Shown: in pieces, positions 17,337 through 26,342 of the stretch
How positions within the stretch are numbered: position 1 is the first letter of the stretch
Layout of the letters: every line of letters starts with the position of its first letter
DNA from: Bordetella parapertussis
GTDB taxonomy: Bacteria > Pseudomonadota > Gammaproteobacteria > Burkholderiales > SG8-39
DNA: 64,000 nucleotides
Assembly: GCA_945892985.1 (NCBI GenBank)
Contig: CAMDDU010000004.1
Location: forward strand, 9,910 to 73,909
Direction: 5' to 3'
Notes under the pieces: generated by a model
The model's input: only the letters and a program-made list of their open reading frames with translations
Database searches by the model: none
Told to the model about the DNA's origin: nothing
Program-made: the position numbers and the translations under genes

Positions 17337-18071
17337 CTAGGCATGATCGGCGCCAAATTGCCTGGGCCGGACCAGGAAGTACAAATTGGGCCCGACCAGC
17401 GGCTCACCCAATCGCCCCAAAACATATCGAAACAGCGCCTTTACGAAGAGCTTTGCCGATGGTCGCCTGAAATCGGGGAAGCTCCGAGGGTACAGTCTCT
17501 CCACGGCGAACCCGTGCTGATCGAACAATCGACTTAGGGTAGCCTTCTCAAAACTACGGGAATGCCCCCAGCGGTGAAACTGCGATTGGCAGTGGGGACA
17601 AATTACCTCGTTATCGCGCAGGTTTTCTCTGTAAGGGACTGAGCCTGTGAAATACCCGTCCCGCTTCAATACCCGTCTTACATCATCGAGCGTACTGTGA
17701 AGAGTCTCCTCTGGAAGATGCTCGAGAACTTCGGTCATGATCACTTTGTCAAAATGACCCGCACCAAAAGGTATCGCATGGCTATAGCCCTGCTTTGCGC
17801 GCTCGCCCAAATCCAGATCCGCTCTTAATTTTTCGATGGTTTCAGCGTTTGGGTCAAGTGAAAATACCTGCACACCCCGGTCAGCAAGCAGTTTTTCCAA
17901 CATCCCAGATCCTGCGCCGATATTCAAAACGCGCTCTCCCGCTTCACACCGCTCGGCGAAAAAACGCAGCCGAGGGACGCTGGCGTCAAAGCTCCAGCTC
18001 GACCTGTTCTGGAAGTGATTCCAGATACGGTCTTGCTCTTGCTGCTCGGGACTAATGGGTTCGTGAATCAT
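17337..18071 (-). CDS. Class I SAM-dependent methyltransferase
   Basis: RVLNIGAGSGMLEKLLADRGVQVFSLDPN (motif I) and VIMTEVLEHLP (motif II region). Confidence 0.8.
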   Translation of the reverse strand: MIHEPISPEQQEQDRIWNHFQNRSSWSFDASVPRLRFFAERCEAGERVLNIGAGSGMLEKLLADRGVQVFSLDPNAETIEKLRADLDLGERAKQGYSHAIPFGAGHFDKVIMTEVLEHLPEETLHSTLDDVRRVLKRDGYFTGSVPYRENLRDNEVICPHCQSQFHRWGHSRSFEKATLSRLFDQHGFAVERLYPRSFPDFRRPSAKLFVKALFRYVLGRLGEPLVGPNLYFLVRPRQFGADHA

Positions 18072-18211
18072 TACTTTTTTTCACCACAGAAAACAAACTC
18101 CAGACTTATCACGCTGTTCATCTAAAAATTATCCGGAAATACGCAAAAGGAAATGCGCACGCATTCTTAACTCGAACCCGCTTGCGAGCGATATCCGCAA
18201 CACCCCGCACC

Positions 18212-19054
18212 CTAGACAACTGAGGCGGCAGTTTTGGGATCCAGCCTGTACCAAGACATCTGCCTCGCGCGCCCCTCCGAACATATCAACCATCGATCAG
18301 TATCACTGAATTTTTTCAATTCTGGAATTTTCGACAAATCCCTGGATGAGGTTGTCAGTTCGGTAATATCAAAGAATGCGGACGCATCGGCCCTCAGTTT
18401 TGCCAGTTTGTTCTGCGCGTAATCGAAGAGCCAATCGTGAAGTTCTATAAAAATGACCGCGTCTTTGAACGAACGGAAAAGATCCGCGTCAAAAAGTTCA
18501 AATTCCGCCCCCTCTATATCGACCAACAGGACCGATGTTGCAAGCCGGTCGACCGGTATGATTTTATAAAACTCCCTGTCGGCAACGCCGTGAATCGAGA
18601 TTCTGCCGGAAACACCGTTAAGCTCCGCATTCTTCCCAAGAATGCTCCGGCTTTGCCCGGACATTTCGAAGCAATAGGATCTTTCAAAAAGATTTCCCAC
18701 TAAAACACCTACCGCGTAGTATCCGTCCGCCGCTCCCAAATCGATGAATGTCGAATATTTTTTCGGAACGGTGACAAGCGACTCCAAAACTTCCTTCTCA
18801 TACAGGCCGAGCATCATTGATGCCCTATCGGTCATTCCCCACCAATCTTCCGAAGGGAATTTCAGCCCTTTGAAGGCGCCATAGGCAATGGCCGCGCCAA
18901 ACATGCGACTGACTTCGGCGGAAATGTTCTTCCGTCTCTGGTTTATTTTATATTCATCTCCGAACCTGTACCAGATATAAGACCCTACCTCATTCAAAGC
19001 GGCGGAAAATTCCTTGTTTTTTACGGCATCGACGAATCTCTTGATGAGCTTCAT
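18212..19054 (-). CDS. FkbM family methyltransferase
   Basis: FIDLGAADGYYAVG and LLVDIEGAEFELF are FkbM signatures. The gene and its flanks are visibly more AT-rich than the neighbours. Confidence 0.75.
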   Translation of the reverse strand: MKLIKRFVDAVKNKEFSAALNEVGSYIWYRFGDEYKINQRRKNISAEVSRMFGAAIAYGAFKGLKFPSEDWWGMTDRASMMLGLYEKEVLESLVTVPKKYSTFIDLGAADGYYAVGVLVGNLFERSYCFEMSGQSRSILGKNAELNGVSGRISIHGVADREFYKIIPVDRLATSVLLVDIEGAEFELFDADLFRSFKDAVIFIELHDWLFDYAQNKLAKLRADASAFFDITELTTSSRDLSKIPELKKFSDTDRWLICSEGRARQMSWYRLDPKTAASVV

Positions 19055-19134
19055 AGTGGCGCACCCTTAAAAATCTGTTCTCGATAGCTCATCAGGGGAA
19101 TAGCATGGCCATCTGGTTGATCAAGCCTCGTGCG

Positions 19135-20145
19135 CTACCGGGGAGGCGCGCCAGCCCACCCCAGCCTCGGTAAAATGACTCGCCGATAAAACAAACTATC
19201 TGACCCAACCTTCACATTCGGGCTGTGCATCCAGCGCCAGTAAATTTGCCGCGCAAGTTTGGATTCATATCTGGCCGGGCATATACAACCAGCGGACTTT
19301 ATCAATATCTTTAATGCAATTTGCCCGGCCTCATGCACAACCAACACAGCCCACAATCCGCATTTCGTTGAAACCGGAAGGGATGCATCGGCCACGCGTT
19401 TGCAGTTGTTTAGGAACAGGACAAGGAAGGGCAAATGCCACCAAGGTTTGCGCGCGCCTCCAAAAACCATTCGGTGATCATCATGCACGGAATTCCAATT
19501 CTCCCGGCCGTAGTATGTGAACAACGCTTTTTTGACTTGCACGAAATCGCCGTGGATCGATAACTCCTGAATCATCGCCAGGTCCGCCCCCAAAAATCGC
19601 GCAAATAACCGTGTTTTGCGCAACGCCGAGGAGCGGTATACCCCGTAAATCGCCGTTGCAGGAAAGTGTTTCAAAGTTTCACGGTATCTGCGCACAAGGC
19701 CGCTTACGCCTTCAAAGCTATCCAGATCAGCCGTGTAAAGTAATTCGCGCCCCCCTTGAATAAAGGAGTGTGTATGTGCGGCGCACAAGACCGCCCCCGG
19801 ACACCTCTCAAACTTCTCAACGCACTCCCGGACAAATGAAGATTGCCGCTGATCATCATGCGCCGCCCACATAAAAAACTGACCGATTGATAGCTCAAAA
19901 ACCCTGTTGAAATTATTGGCCCCGCCAACATTTTCAAGAGATCTGAAATATCTTATTCTCGAATCTTTCCGAACGTAGTCGGCGCAAATATCGGGGGTAG
20001 CGTCTGTCGATGCATTATCCGAAATAATTATTTCCAACTTGTCGTAATCTTGCTCCAGTAAGGAATCGAGCGCTTTCGCCAATCCCTTCTCCCCGTTAAA
20101 TACGGGCACACCGATACTGACAAGTGGATGTTGGGCTTCATTCAC
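19135..20145 (-). CDS. Glycosyltransferase family 2
   Basis: VSIGVPVFNGEKGLAKALDSLLEQDYDKLEIIISDNASTD..., AHDD. ATGA-type overlap with the upstream wzx stop. Confidence 0.85.
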   Translation of the reverse strand: MNEAQHPLVSIGVPVFNGEKGLAKALDSLLEQDYDKLEIIISDNASTDATPDICADYVRKDSRIRYFRSLENVGGANNFNRVFELSIGQFFMWAAHDDQRQSSFVRECVEKFERCPGAVLCAAHTHSFIQGGRELLYTADLDSFEGVSGLVRRYRETLKHFPATAIYGVYRSSALRKTRLFARFLGADLAMIQELSIHGDFVQVKKALFTYYGRENWNSVHDDHRMVFGGARKPWWHLPFLVLFLNNCKRVADASLPVSTKCGLWAVLVVHEAGQIALKILIKSAGCICPARYESKLARQIYWRWMHSPNVKVGSDSLFYRRVILPRLGWAGAPPR

Positions 20146-21632
20146 GTGAAACTTCTCTTAACGGTATTGCGCAGTTCAGTGCATGCGAGCAGGGCCAAGA
20201 ACCACGCCACCATCAGGCTTGCCGCCAGGGCCGCAATAAATGTCACTCGTCCCTCTATGTGACTTAATAGAACACCCGCAACCGCTGCGACCGTCGCCGA
20301 TACAGCAAGAGGCGCCAGAAAGTCCTTAAGTACCGACAAAGGAATATTCGCTGACGCCAGTCGGCGAAGCACAAGGATTTCGCAGGATACGTACAGCACA
20401 ATGCCATAGCCACACCAAAACATGGCGGCGCCCATAGTTCCAAAATAAGCGACTACTGCAATCAATACCGGCACGCACACAATAAGCGATCCCAAACTCA
20501 ATCGGATAACCGGCCTGAGTTCCTTTTTGCTGTAAAGAACGCTCAAGGCCGGATAGGAAATCGCCGAGAGCGCAGTACCCGCCGCCATGACTGACAGAAT
20601 GGGAGCAACTGCAACCGCCACACTCCGATTGCCGATCCAGGCAAACACGATGGGTTCCGCAAGAAACGCAATGAACGCAGCTGCTGGAAGGATAAAAACA
20701 CTCATCAGTTGGGAGGCAAGATGCAATTGCCTCTCTAGCTGAGTCTCATCTCCCTCGGAGACGAGCTCCGTAAACCGGGGGGAAAAAGCTTGGATCAGTG
20801 GCGAGGCAACCCGCGTCAAACCTGAAGCCGCGGCCCACGCCAGCATGTAATACCCCAGAGCCTCCAATGTCACCATTTTACTGAGGACGAATTTATCAAC
20901 CTGGGTCATCGCAATGCCGCTAACAGCTATCAGCATCATACCCCCGGCATAGCCTTTCACGGAGGATAGTATCTTGATCGAAAGCCTGGGAGCGCCAGGC
21001 TCCATCGGGATACGTCGCCACAGACGATTCCGCAAAACCAACGTTTGAACGATGCAGAAAACAACCTGCCATAAAAAGAACATGCGGATATCAGCAGACA
21101 CCATCCAAAGCAGCGCGATCGCACCCGCTCCGCGCACAGTCCCAAACACGGCAGCCAGTCCGGAACTCTCGACTTGCCGTTGAAGACCAACCATGCCTCC
21201 CAGGTAAAGACCCGACGGAATTTGAATGGCCAGCGAGACCACCATCAGCAAGAGCGCCTCTCGCACCACCTCTGGTGCCAGAGATTTTGTCTGAAACCAT
21301 CCCGCGCCAAAGAACCAGACGGCAGCCAGACCGCATACACCCAGCATGAGCACAATCCCCCAATAAACCACCTCCAGACTGAATACCAAATCAGGAATCG
21401 TTCGTCGCCCCTCGGGACGAACGGCAAGCCAGGCAATCTCCCTTACCGCAGTTGCAGAGATTCCCGTATCCAGGATGCCCAGCACTGCGACTAGGGAAAG
21501 GTGAAACCCGATCAGCCCGTAACTCTCAACACCCAAGAGCAGGACATACAGGGGCGTAAGGATTAGCGCGAGGAGAACAGACCACAAGTTCGACAATAGA
21601 TTCGCCGACACATTCCTGCCCAGGACACTCAA
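20142..21632 (-). CDS. wzx: Wzx-type oligosaccharide flippase (MOP/PST family)
   Basis: 496 aa with ~12-14 predicted TM helices. N-terminus NVSANLLSNLWSVLLALILTPLYVLLLGVESYGLIGF is typical of polysaccharide biosynthesis (PST) flippases. Confidence 0.75.
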   Translation of the reverse strand: MSVLGRNVSANLLSNLWSVLLALILTPLYVLLLGVESYGLIGFHLSLVAVLGILDTGISATAVREIAWLAVRPEGRRTIPDLVFSLEVVYWGIVLMLGVCGLAAVWFFGAGWFQTKSLAPEVVREALLLMVVSLAIQIPSGLYLGGMVGLQRQVESSGLAAVFGTVRGAGAIALLWMVSADIRMFFLWQVVFCIVQTLVLRNRLWRRIPMEPGAPRLSIKILSSVKGYAGGMMLIAVSGIAMTQVDKFVLSKMVTLEALGYYMLAWAAASGLTRVASPLIQAFSPRFTELVSEGDETQLERQLHLASQLMSVFILPAAAFIAFLAEPIVFAWIGNRSVAVAVAPILSVMAAGTALSAISYPALSVLYSKKELRPVIRLSLGSLIVCVPVLIAVVAYFGTMGAAMFWCGYGIVLYVSCEILVLRRLASANIPLSVLKDFLAPLAVSATVAAVAGVLLSHIEGRVTFIAALAASLMVAWFLALLACTELRNTVKRSFT

Positions 21633-21726
21633 GGCAGGTCAATAAAACAATGGGAGGCGAAAACACAAATTCGCATGCATCTTATTTGCCTCAGTTGATC
21701 AATTGCCTCGTTGCAAATGTCGCCCA

Positions 21727-22494
21727 CTACCGCACTCTTTTGAGATAACCGTCCGGTGCAACGCTGATCATCAACCGATGCTCAATTTGCTTGTCAATCT
21801 CGAACATCGATTGTTCCTCAAGGAATTCCCATACTGCAGTTTTCGGGTTATTTCCCGGCCCCCAGGGCCTATCCACGGCGGCGGCGGGCAAGTCCTCAAT
21901 CATGGTGTCAAACACCACGCAGTAACTCCCGCAAGTCGCCAGAGGCGCGTATGCGCGCAACTCCGCGAGTACGTGATCGTGAGTGTGATTGGAGTCCAAG
22001 CAGACAAGTACAGCCCCACAACCCCTCGCGCGGTCGCGCACTTGCGAGATTATTTCAGGAGAGATGGAGGAACCCTGAATCATGTCGATACGATTGGACA
22101 TCGGATGCGCCTCGACCGCGACGCGATTGGGCGCGCGTATGTCAATGTCGATCCCAAGAACCTTTCGGCGTGGTTCCGCTGGATCAAGCATCGTGCCTCC
22201 CGCCAGCGCATCGCAATAATCCAACAACGCCAACATTGATGCACTCAAGATCAACGACCCACCATGTGCAATCCCCGTTTCGATGATCAGATCCGGCCTT
22301 ATTTTCCAGATTAATTCCTGCATCGCAACAATATCCTGTGGATATTGAATAATCGGGCGACCGAGCCATGCGAAGTTGTACGAATACTTAGAGACAAAAG
22401 ACGCGCGCATAAATGCTGTGCCTGCCTCGGCAAATTCTTTGTTGCGTCTATTCTCCTCTACACGCGCAAGAACTTCATTTTGAAAATCAGTCAT
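21727..22494 (-). CDS. CmcI/cephalosporin-hydroxylase family methyltransferase (sugar O-methyltransferase type)
   Basis: Internal ATG 22494 (MTDFQNEV..). FAWLGRPIIQYPQDIVAMQELIWKIRPDLIIETGIAHGGSLI is the CmcI family core. It is the first gene of the minus operon. Confidence 0.7.
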   Translation of the reverse strand: MTDFQNEVLARVEENRRNKEFAEAGTAFMRASFVSKYSYNFAWLGRPIIQYPQDIVAMQELIWKIRPDLIIETGIAHGGSLILSASMLALLDYCDALAGGTMLDPAEPRRKVLGIDIDIRAPNRVAVEAHPMSNRIDMIQGSSISPEIISQVRDRARGCGAVLVCLDSNHTHDHVLAELRAYAPLATCGSYCVVFDTMIEDLPAAAVDRPWGPGNNPKTAVWEFLEEQSMFEIDKQIEHRLMISVAPDGYLKRVR

Positions 22495-22733
22495 GCTTAT
22501 CACGCCCCCCCTAGCAAACCACACGCCGGATGCCTTGTATCGGCAGCCCCCGCTAACAGCCCTAATTATAGGGTGTACAGGGGCGCGGCCGCACGGCGTT
22601 GTAAAATGGGAACGTGCGAAGAATGCTTCAGCCTCAAAGTGGGATGACGCGCCACATTGCCGCATTGACCGACACGCAAATATTTATCCCGGCTTGACAC
22701 GATTCACAAACCCATCCCGTCACACCCCAATCC

Positions 22734-23876
22734 ATGAATTCAAAATCGCCGCGTCTGCTTTTTTTCGTGACCGAAGATTGGTACTTTTGCTCGCACCGGC
22801 TGCCAATCGCTATCGCGGCCAAACAAGCCGGGTTCGATGTCTGCGTATTGACGCGGGAGATTGCCCACGGCGATGTGATCCGTAGCGCCGGTCTCACCTT
22901 GTTTAACATCGACCTGACACGGGGCGGCAGCAACCCCTTTCAAGAGCTTGCCGTACTCGCCCGCGTCACCCGTGCCTACCGCAACATCAAGCCTGACATA
23001 GTCCACCACGTTGCGATGAAACCAGTCATCTATGGCTCTATCGCGGCGCGCATCAATAAAGTCGGCGGGGTAGTCAATGCGCTTGGGGGGCTCGGGTATA
23101 TGTTTTCATCGCGAGACTTTTTCGCGAAACTGCTCCGCCCGATTGCCGAATTCTGGCTGCGCGTTGGCCTGCGTCGCGAAGGCAGCGTCACCTTGCTACA
23201 AAACCCGGACGACTCCGCTTTGCTGTGCGCGCACGGCATAGTGCGGCGCGAGGACGTGCGGCTGATCCCGGGATCAGGGGTGGACACCCAACAATTTCAT
23301 CCGACTCCGCCTCCAGGCGGAGCCATTACCATCGTTCTAGCCGCACGCATGCTGCGCGACAAGGGCATTGTCGAGTACGTCGAAGCGTCCAGGCAACTGG
23401 GCGGGAATTCGCCGCAACTCCGCTTCGTTCTGGTCGGTGATCCAGATCCATCCAATCCCGCCTCCCTTTCAGCGCAGCAACTTAACGGCTGGGTCACCGA
23501 AGGTCTCATAGAATGGTGGGGCTGGCGCGGGGACATCGCGGCGGTCTACCGAGCTGCCCACATCGCCTGCCTGCCCTCCTATCGGGAGGGCCTCCCCAAG
23601 TCTTTGCAAGAGGCTGCCGCCTGCGGGCTTCCCATCGTCACTACCGATGTTCCGGGCTGCCGCGAAGTCGTCCGGGACGGGGAGAACGGCATTCTGGTAC
23701 CGCATCGCAATGTCGACGCGCTGGCAAAAGCGCTGCTCCGCCTTATTACCGACCCGGCGTTACGCGCACGCATGGGAGAGGCCGGTCGGCGAATCGCAGA
23801 AAATGAATTTTCCGTGCAACGCGTCATCGCATTGACACTCGCGGCATACCGGACTGTCCAGCGACCCCTAGCATAA
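22734..23876 (+). CDS. Glycosyltransferase family 4 (GT-B)
   Basis: LLFFVTEDWYFCSHRLPIAIAAKQAGFDVCVLT at the N-terminus, and CLPSYREGLPKSLQEAAACGLPIVTTDVPGCREVV (E-x7-E). Confidence 0.8.
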   Translation: MNSKSPRLLFFVTEDWYFCSHRLPIAIAAKQAGFDVCVLTREIAHGDVIRSAGLTLFNIDLTRGGSNPFQELAVLARVTRAYRNIKPDIVHHVAMKPVIYGSIAARINKVGGVVNALGGLGYMFSSRDFFAKLLRPIAEFWLRVGLRREGSVTLLQNPDDSALLCAHGIVRREDVRLIPGSGVDTQQFHPTPPPGGAITIVLAARMLRDKGIVEYVEASRQLGGNSPQLRFVLVGDPDPSNPASLSAQQLNGWVTEGLIEWWGWRGDIAAVYRAAHIACLPSYREGLPKSLQEAAACGLPIVTTDVPGCREVVRDGENGILVPHRNVDALAKALLRLITDPALRARMGEAGRRIAENEFSVQRVIALTLAAYRTVQRPLA

Positions 23877-23992
23877 TTCACTGCACCAGCCGCACCACCA
23901 TCTCCATGCGATACTAGGCTGTATTTCAACACTATTTACGCCAATTCTGCGAACGACTTTCGAGCGCGATTATCAAACCAAACCCGGTCATT

Positions 23993-25270
23993 TTGCTGGA
24001 GCTCAACGAACTCAATTTTGAGTACGTGGAGCACTACATCGCCCGCGGCGAACTGCCCAATCTAAAACGGCTTATTGCCGGGCACGGCTACGCTCACACG
24101 CAATCGGAGGCGGTCTACGAGCACATCGAGCCGTGGATTCAATGGGTGAGCGTTCATACCGGGAAAACCTACGCCGAACACAAGGTTTTCCGTCTGGGCG
24201 ATGCCCCGGGCTCAGGACTGGAACAAATCTGGGAAACACTGGAAAAACGCGGGCTCACGGTTGGCGCGCTGTCTCCGATGAATGCTGGCAACAGCCTAGT
24301 CGCACCGGCGTTTTTCGTACCCGACCCCTGGACGACTGCACCGGTAAGTGGATCGGTCGTGCTAAAACGACTTTACCAAGCCATCGCGCAGGCGGTCAAC
24401 GACAACGCACAAGCACGCATCACCCCGCGCTCGGCGCTCGATCTGATCGTCGGTTTTGTTGCGTACGGCAGGTTGCGCAATCTCGCCCACTACCTGCGCG
24501 ATGTATTGCGGGCACCCAAAGCACACTGGGCCAAGGCCTTGTTCCTCGACCGCCTGCTGGCCGATTGCTTCATCAAGCTGTGGCAAAAAAGCCGGCCTGA
24601 CTTTTCAAGTTTGTTCCTTAACGCCGCCGCCCACCTGCAACATCACTACCTGTTCAATTCCAGCGCGTATTCCGGGCCCAATCGCAACCCCGGATGGTAC
24701 ATCCCGCCATCCGCTGATCCTGTGCTTGAAGTTTGCCGGCTATATGACCGCTTGATCGGCGATGTACTGGCGCTTGATCCCCGACTGCGGGTGCTAATCG
24801 TAACCGGCCTTCATCAAGACCCTGTACAGAAGCCAGTGTATTACTGGCGCCTTCGCGACCATGCGGCATTTCTTCGAAAAATACAATGCCGCTTCGCCTC
24901 CGTAGAACCGCGCATGTCCCGAGACTTCGTCGTCGTTTGTGACGATGTCCTGCAGGCCGCTGCGGCGCAAGCCCTTCTGGCTTCAGGCCGGGACGCCGGC
25001 GGTGTCCCTTTATTCGAAGTCGATAACCGCGGCACCAGCATATTTGTAACACTCACCTACCCGCACGCCATCAAAACGGAATTCCGCGCTCAATTCGGCC
25101 AGCGTGTCATCGGTGATTTTTCGGCGGACGTAGTGTTCGAGGCAATCAAGAATGCCCACCACAACCAGGCCGGATACCTGCTTGATACCGGCGCGAAGCG
25201 CGTAGCGCGGGACGGCAAGACCGTGGCGCTGACCGATGTCTGGCAGCGCATCGTTTCCGCTTTTACATGA
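23993..25270 (+). CDS. Divergent alkaline-phosphatase-superfamily-like protein (function unknown)
   Basis: TTG start, which is the first start after an in-frame TAG at 23915. GELPNLKRLIAGHG.., EPWIQWVSVHTGK.., NAAAHLQHHY.., NAHHNQAGYL resemble the layout of PF01663-type phosphodiesterases. The usual N-terminal DG(A/S)T nucleophile motif is replaced by LELNELN. Confidence 0.35.
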   Translation: MLELNELNFEYVEHYIARGELPNLKRLIAGHGYAHTQSEAVYEHIEPWIQWVSVHTGKTYAEHKVFRLGDAPGSGLEQIWETLEKRGLTVGALSPMNAGNSLVAPAFFVPDPWTTAPVSGSVVLKRLYQAIAQAVNDNAQARITPRSALDLIVGFVAYGRLRNLAHYLRDVLRAPKAHWAKALFLDRLLADCFIKLWQKSRPDFSSLFLNAAAHLQHHYLFNSSAYSGPNRNPGWYIPPSADPVLEVCRLYDRLIGDVLALDPRLRVLIVTGLHQDPVQKPVYYWRLRDHAAFLRKIQCRFASVEPRMSRDFVVVCDDVLQAAAAQALLASGRDAGGVPLFEVDNRGTSIFVTLTYPHAIKTEFRAQFGQRVIGDFSADVVFEAIKNAHHNQAGYLLDTGAKRVARDGKTVALTDVWQRIVSAFT

Positions 25271-25274
25271 CGCC

Positions 25275-26318
25275 GTGAATCGCCTTATTTTTCACGCGCT
25301 GCTCGCCTTCGCGATCACCGCCTTCCTCGCACACTTCCTGCGCAGTCCCGCGCTGCGTATCGGCCTGGTCGATATCCCCGGCGGCCGCAAACAGCACGCA
25401 GGCGAAATTCCGGTAATTGGGGGCATCGCCATGTTTTGCGGCTTTACCTTCTCGCTCCTGGGTGTGGGCAAACTGGACGGTGCGAATTTAAGCCTGGTCT
25501 GCGCCCTCGCACTGATGATCATGGTCGGCGCCCTCGATGATATGCGTGACCTTGCTGCCAGGCATAAATTCGTGGCCCAGATTATCGCCGCGCTGTTCAT
25601 GACCTCATGGGCCGGCAATTATGTCGGTCAGGTCGGCAATCTGCTCGGTTTTGGGTCACTAAGCCTTTACAACTGGGCCATACCGTTCACCGTGGTATGC
25701 GTTCTCGGCGTGATCAACGCCATAAATATGCTGGACGGCTCGGACGGACTCGCCGGCAGCGTGTGCCTAACGGCACTGACATGGTTCGCCGTAGCGGCGG
25801 GCTTGAGTGGTCAGGACATCCCCCTTTTGATCGCGGTGCTGATGATGAGCGCCGTTGCTGGATTTTTGCTCTTCAACCTGCGACTGCCGTGGCAAGCCCA
25901 TGCGCGCGTATTCATGGGCGATGCGGGCAGCATGATGCTCGGCTTTGCGCTCGTTTGGCTGGCCGTCGACCTGACACAAGGCTCGGGCCGCACTCTGCCG
26001 CCGATTGTCGCCGTCTGGATTATCGCGCTGCCACTCGCCGACATGGCCAGGGTCATGCTCACGCGTATCCTGCGCAACCAAAGTCCATTTGTCGCCGACC
26101 GCATCCACCTGCATCATCTTTTGATCGCACGCGGCTATAGCAACAATCGTGTCGTGCTAACCATGGCCGCGCTGTCAGCGACGGCGGGCGGTGCGGGCAT
26201 CGGGGCATGGAAGCTGGGCGTGCCCGAGTATGTGCTGTTCTACGCCTTCATTTTTGCGCTGGCCGCCTATTGCCTTGCCCTGCGTCGCTGTGGCGCGGAT
26301 AACGCACCTCCCCAATGA
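25275..26318 (+). CDS. Undecaprenyl-phosphate HexNAc-1-phosphate transferase (MraY/WecA/WbpL family)
   Basis: VINAINMLDGSDGLAGSV, FMGDAGSMMLGF, DRIHLHH, ~10 TM helices. The start is uncertain: GTG 25275 is just after the upstream stop, and the track start at 25236 would overlap by 35 nt. Confidence 0.85.
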   Translation: MNRLIFHALLAFAITAFLAHFLRSPALRIGLVDIPGGRKQHAGEIPVIGGIAMFCGFTFSLLGVGKLDGANLSLVCALALMIMVGALDDMRDLAARHKFVAQIIAALFMTSWAGNYVGQVGNLLGFGSLSLYNWAIPFTVVCVLGVINAINMLDGSDGLAGSVCLTALTWFAVAAGLSGQDIPLLIAVLMMSAVAGFLLFNLRLPWQAHARVFMGDAGSMMLGFALVWLAVDLTQGSGRTLPPIVAVWIIALPLADMARVMLTRILRNQSPFVADRIHLHHLLIARGYSNNRVVLTMAALSATAGGAGIGAWKLGVPEYVLFYAFIFALAAYCLALRRCGADNAPPQ

Positions 26319-26342
26319 GGTACAAGCCGACGGTTTGCGTAT

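Noticed and set aside
145-22494. Interpreting the left-hand locus as a PEP-CTERM/exosortase-type EPS locus (AsnB-like, deacetylase, FemAB-like and FkbM genes are common there)
   Set aside because: No exosortase (EpsH), PEP-CTERM substrate, Wza/Wzc-type exporter or chain-length regulator is visible in the window. The WbpL/WbpM-like pair and the adjacent core/ligase operon fit an LPS O-antigen reading better. The EPS alternative cannot be fully excluded.
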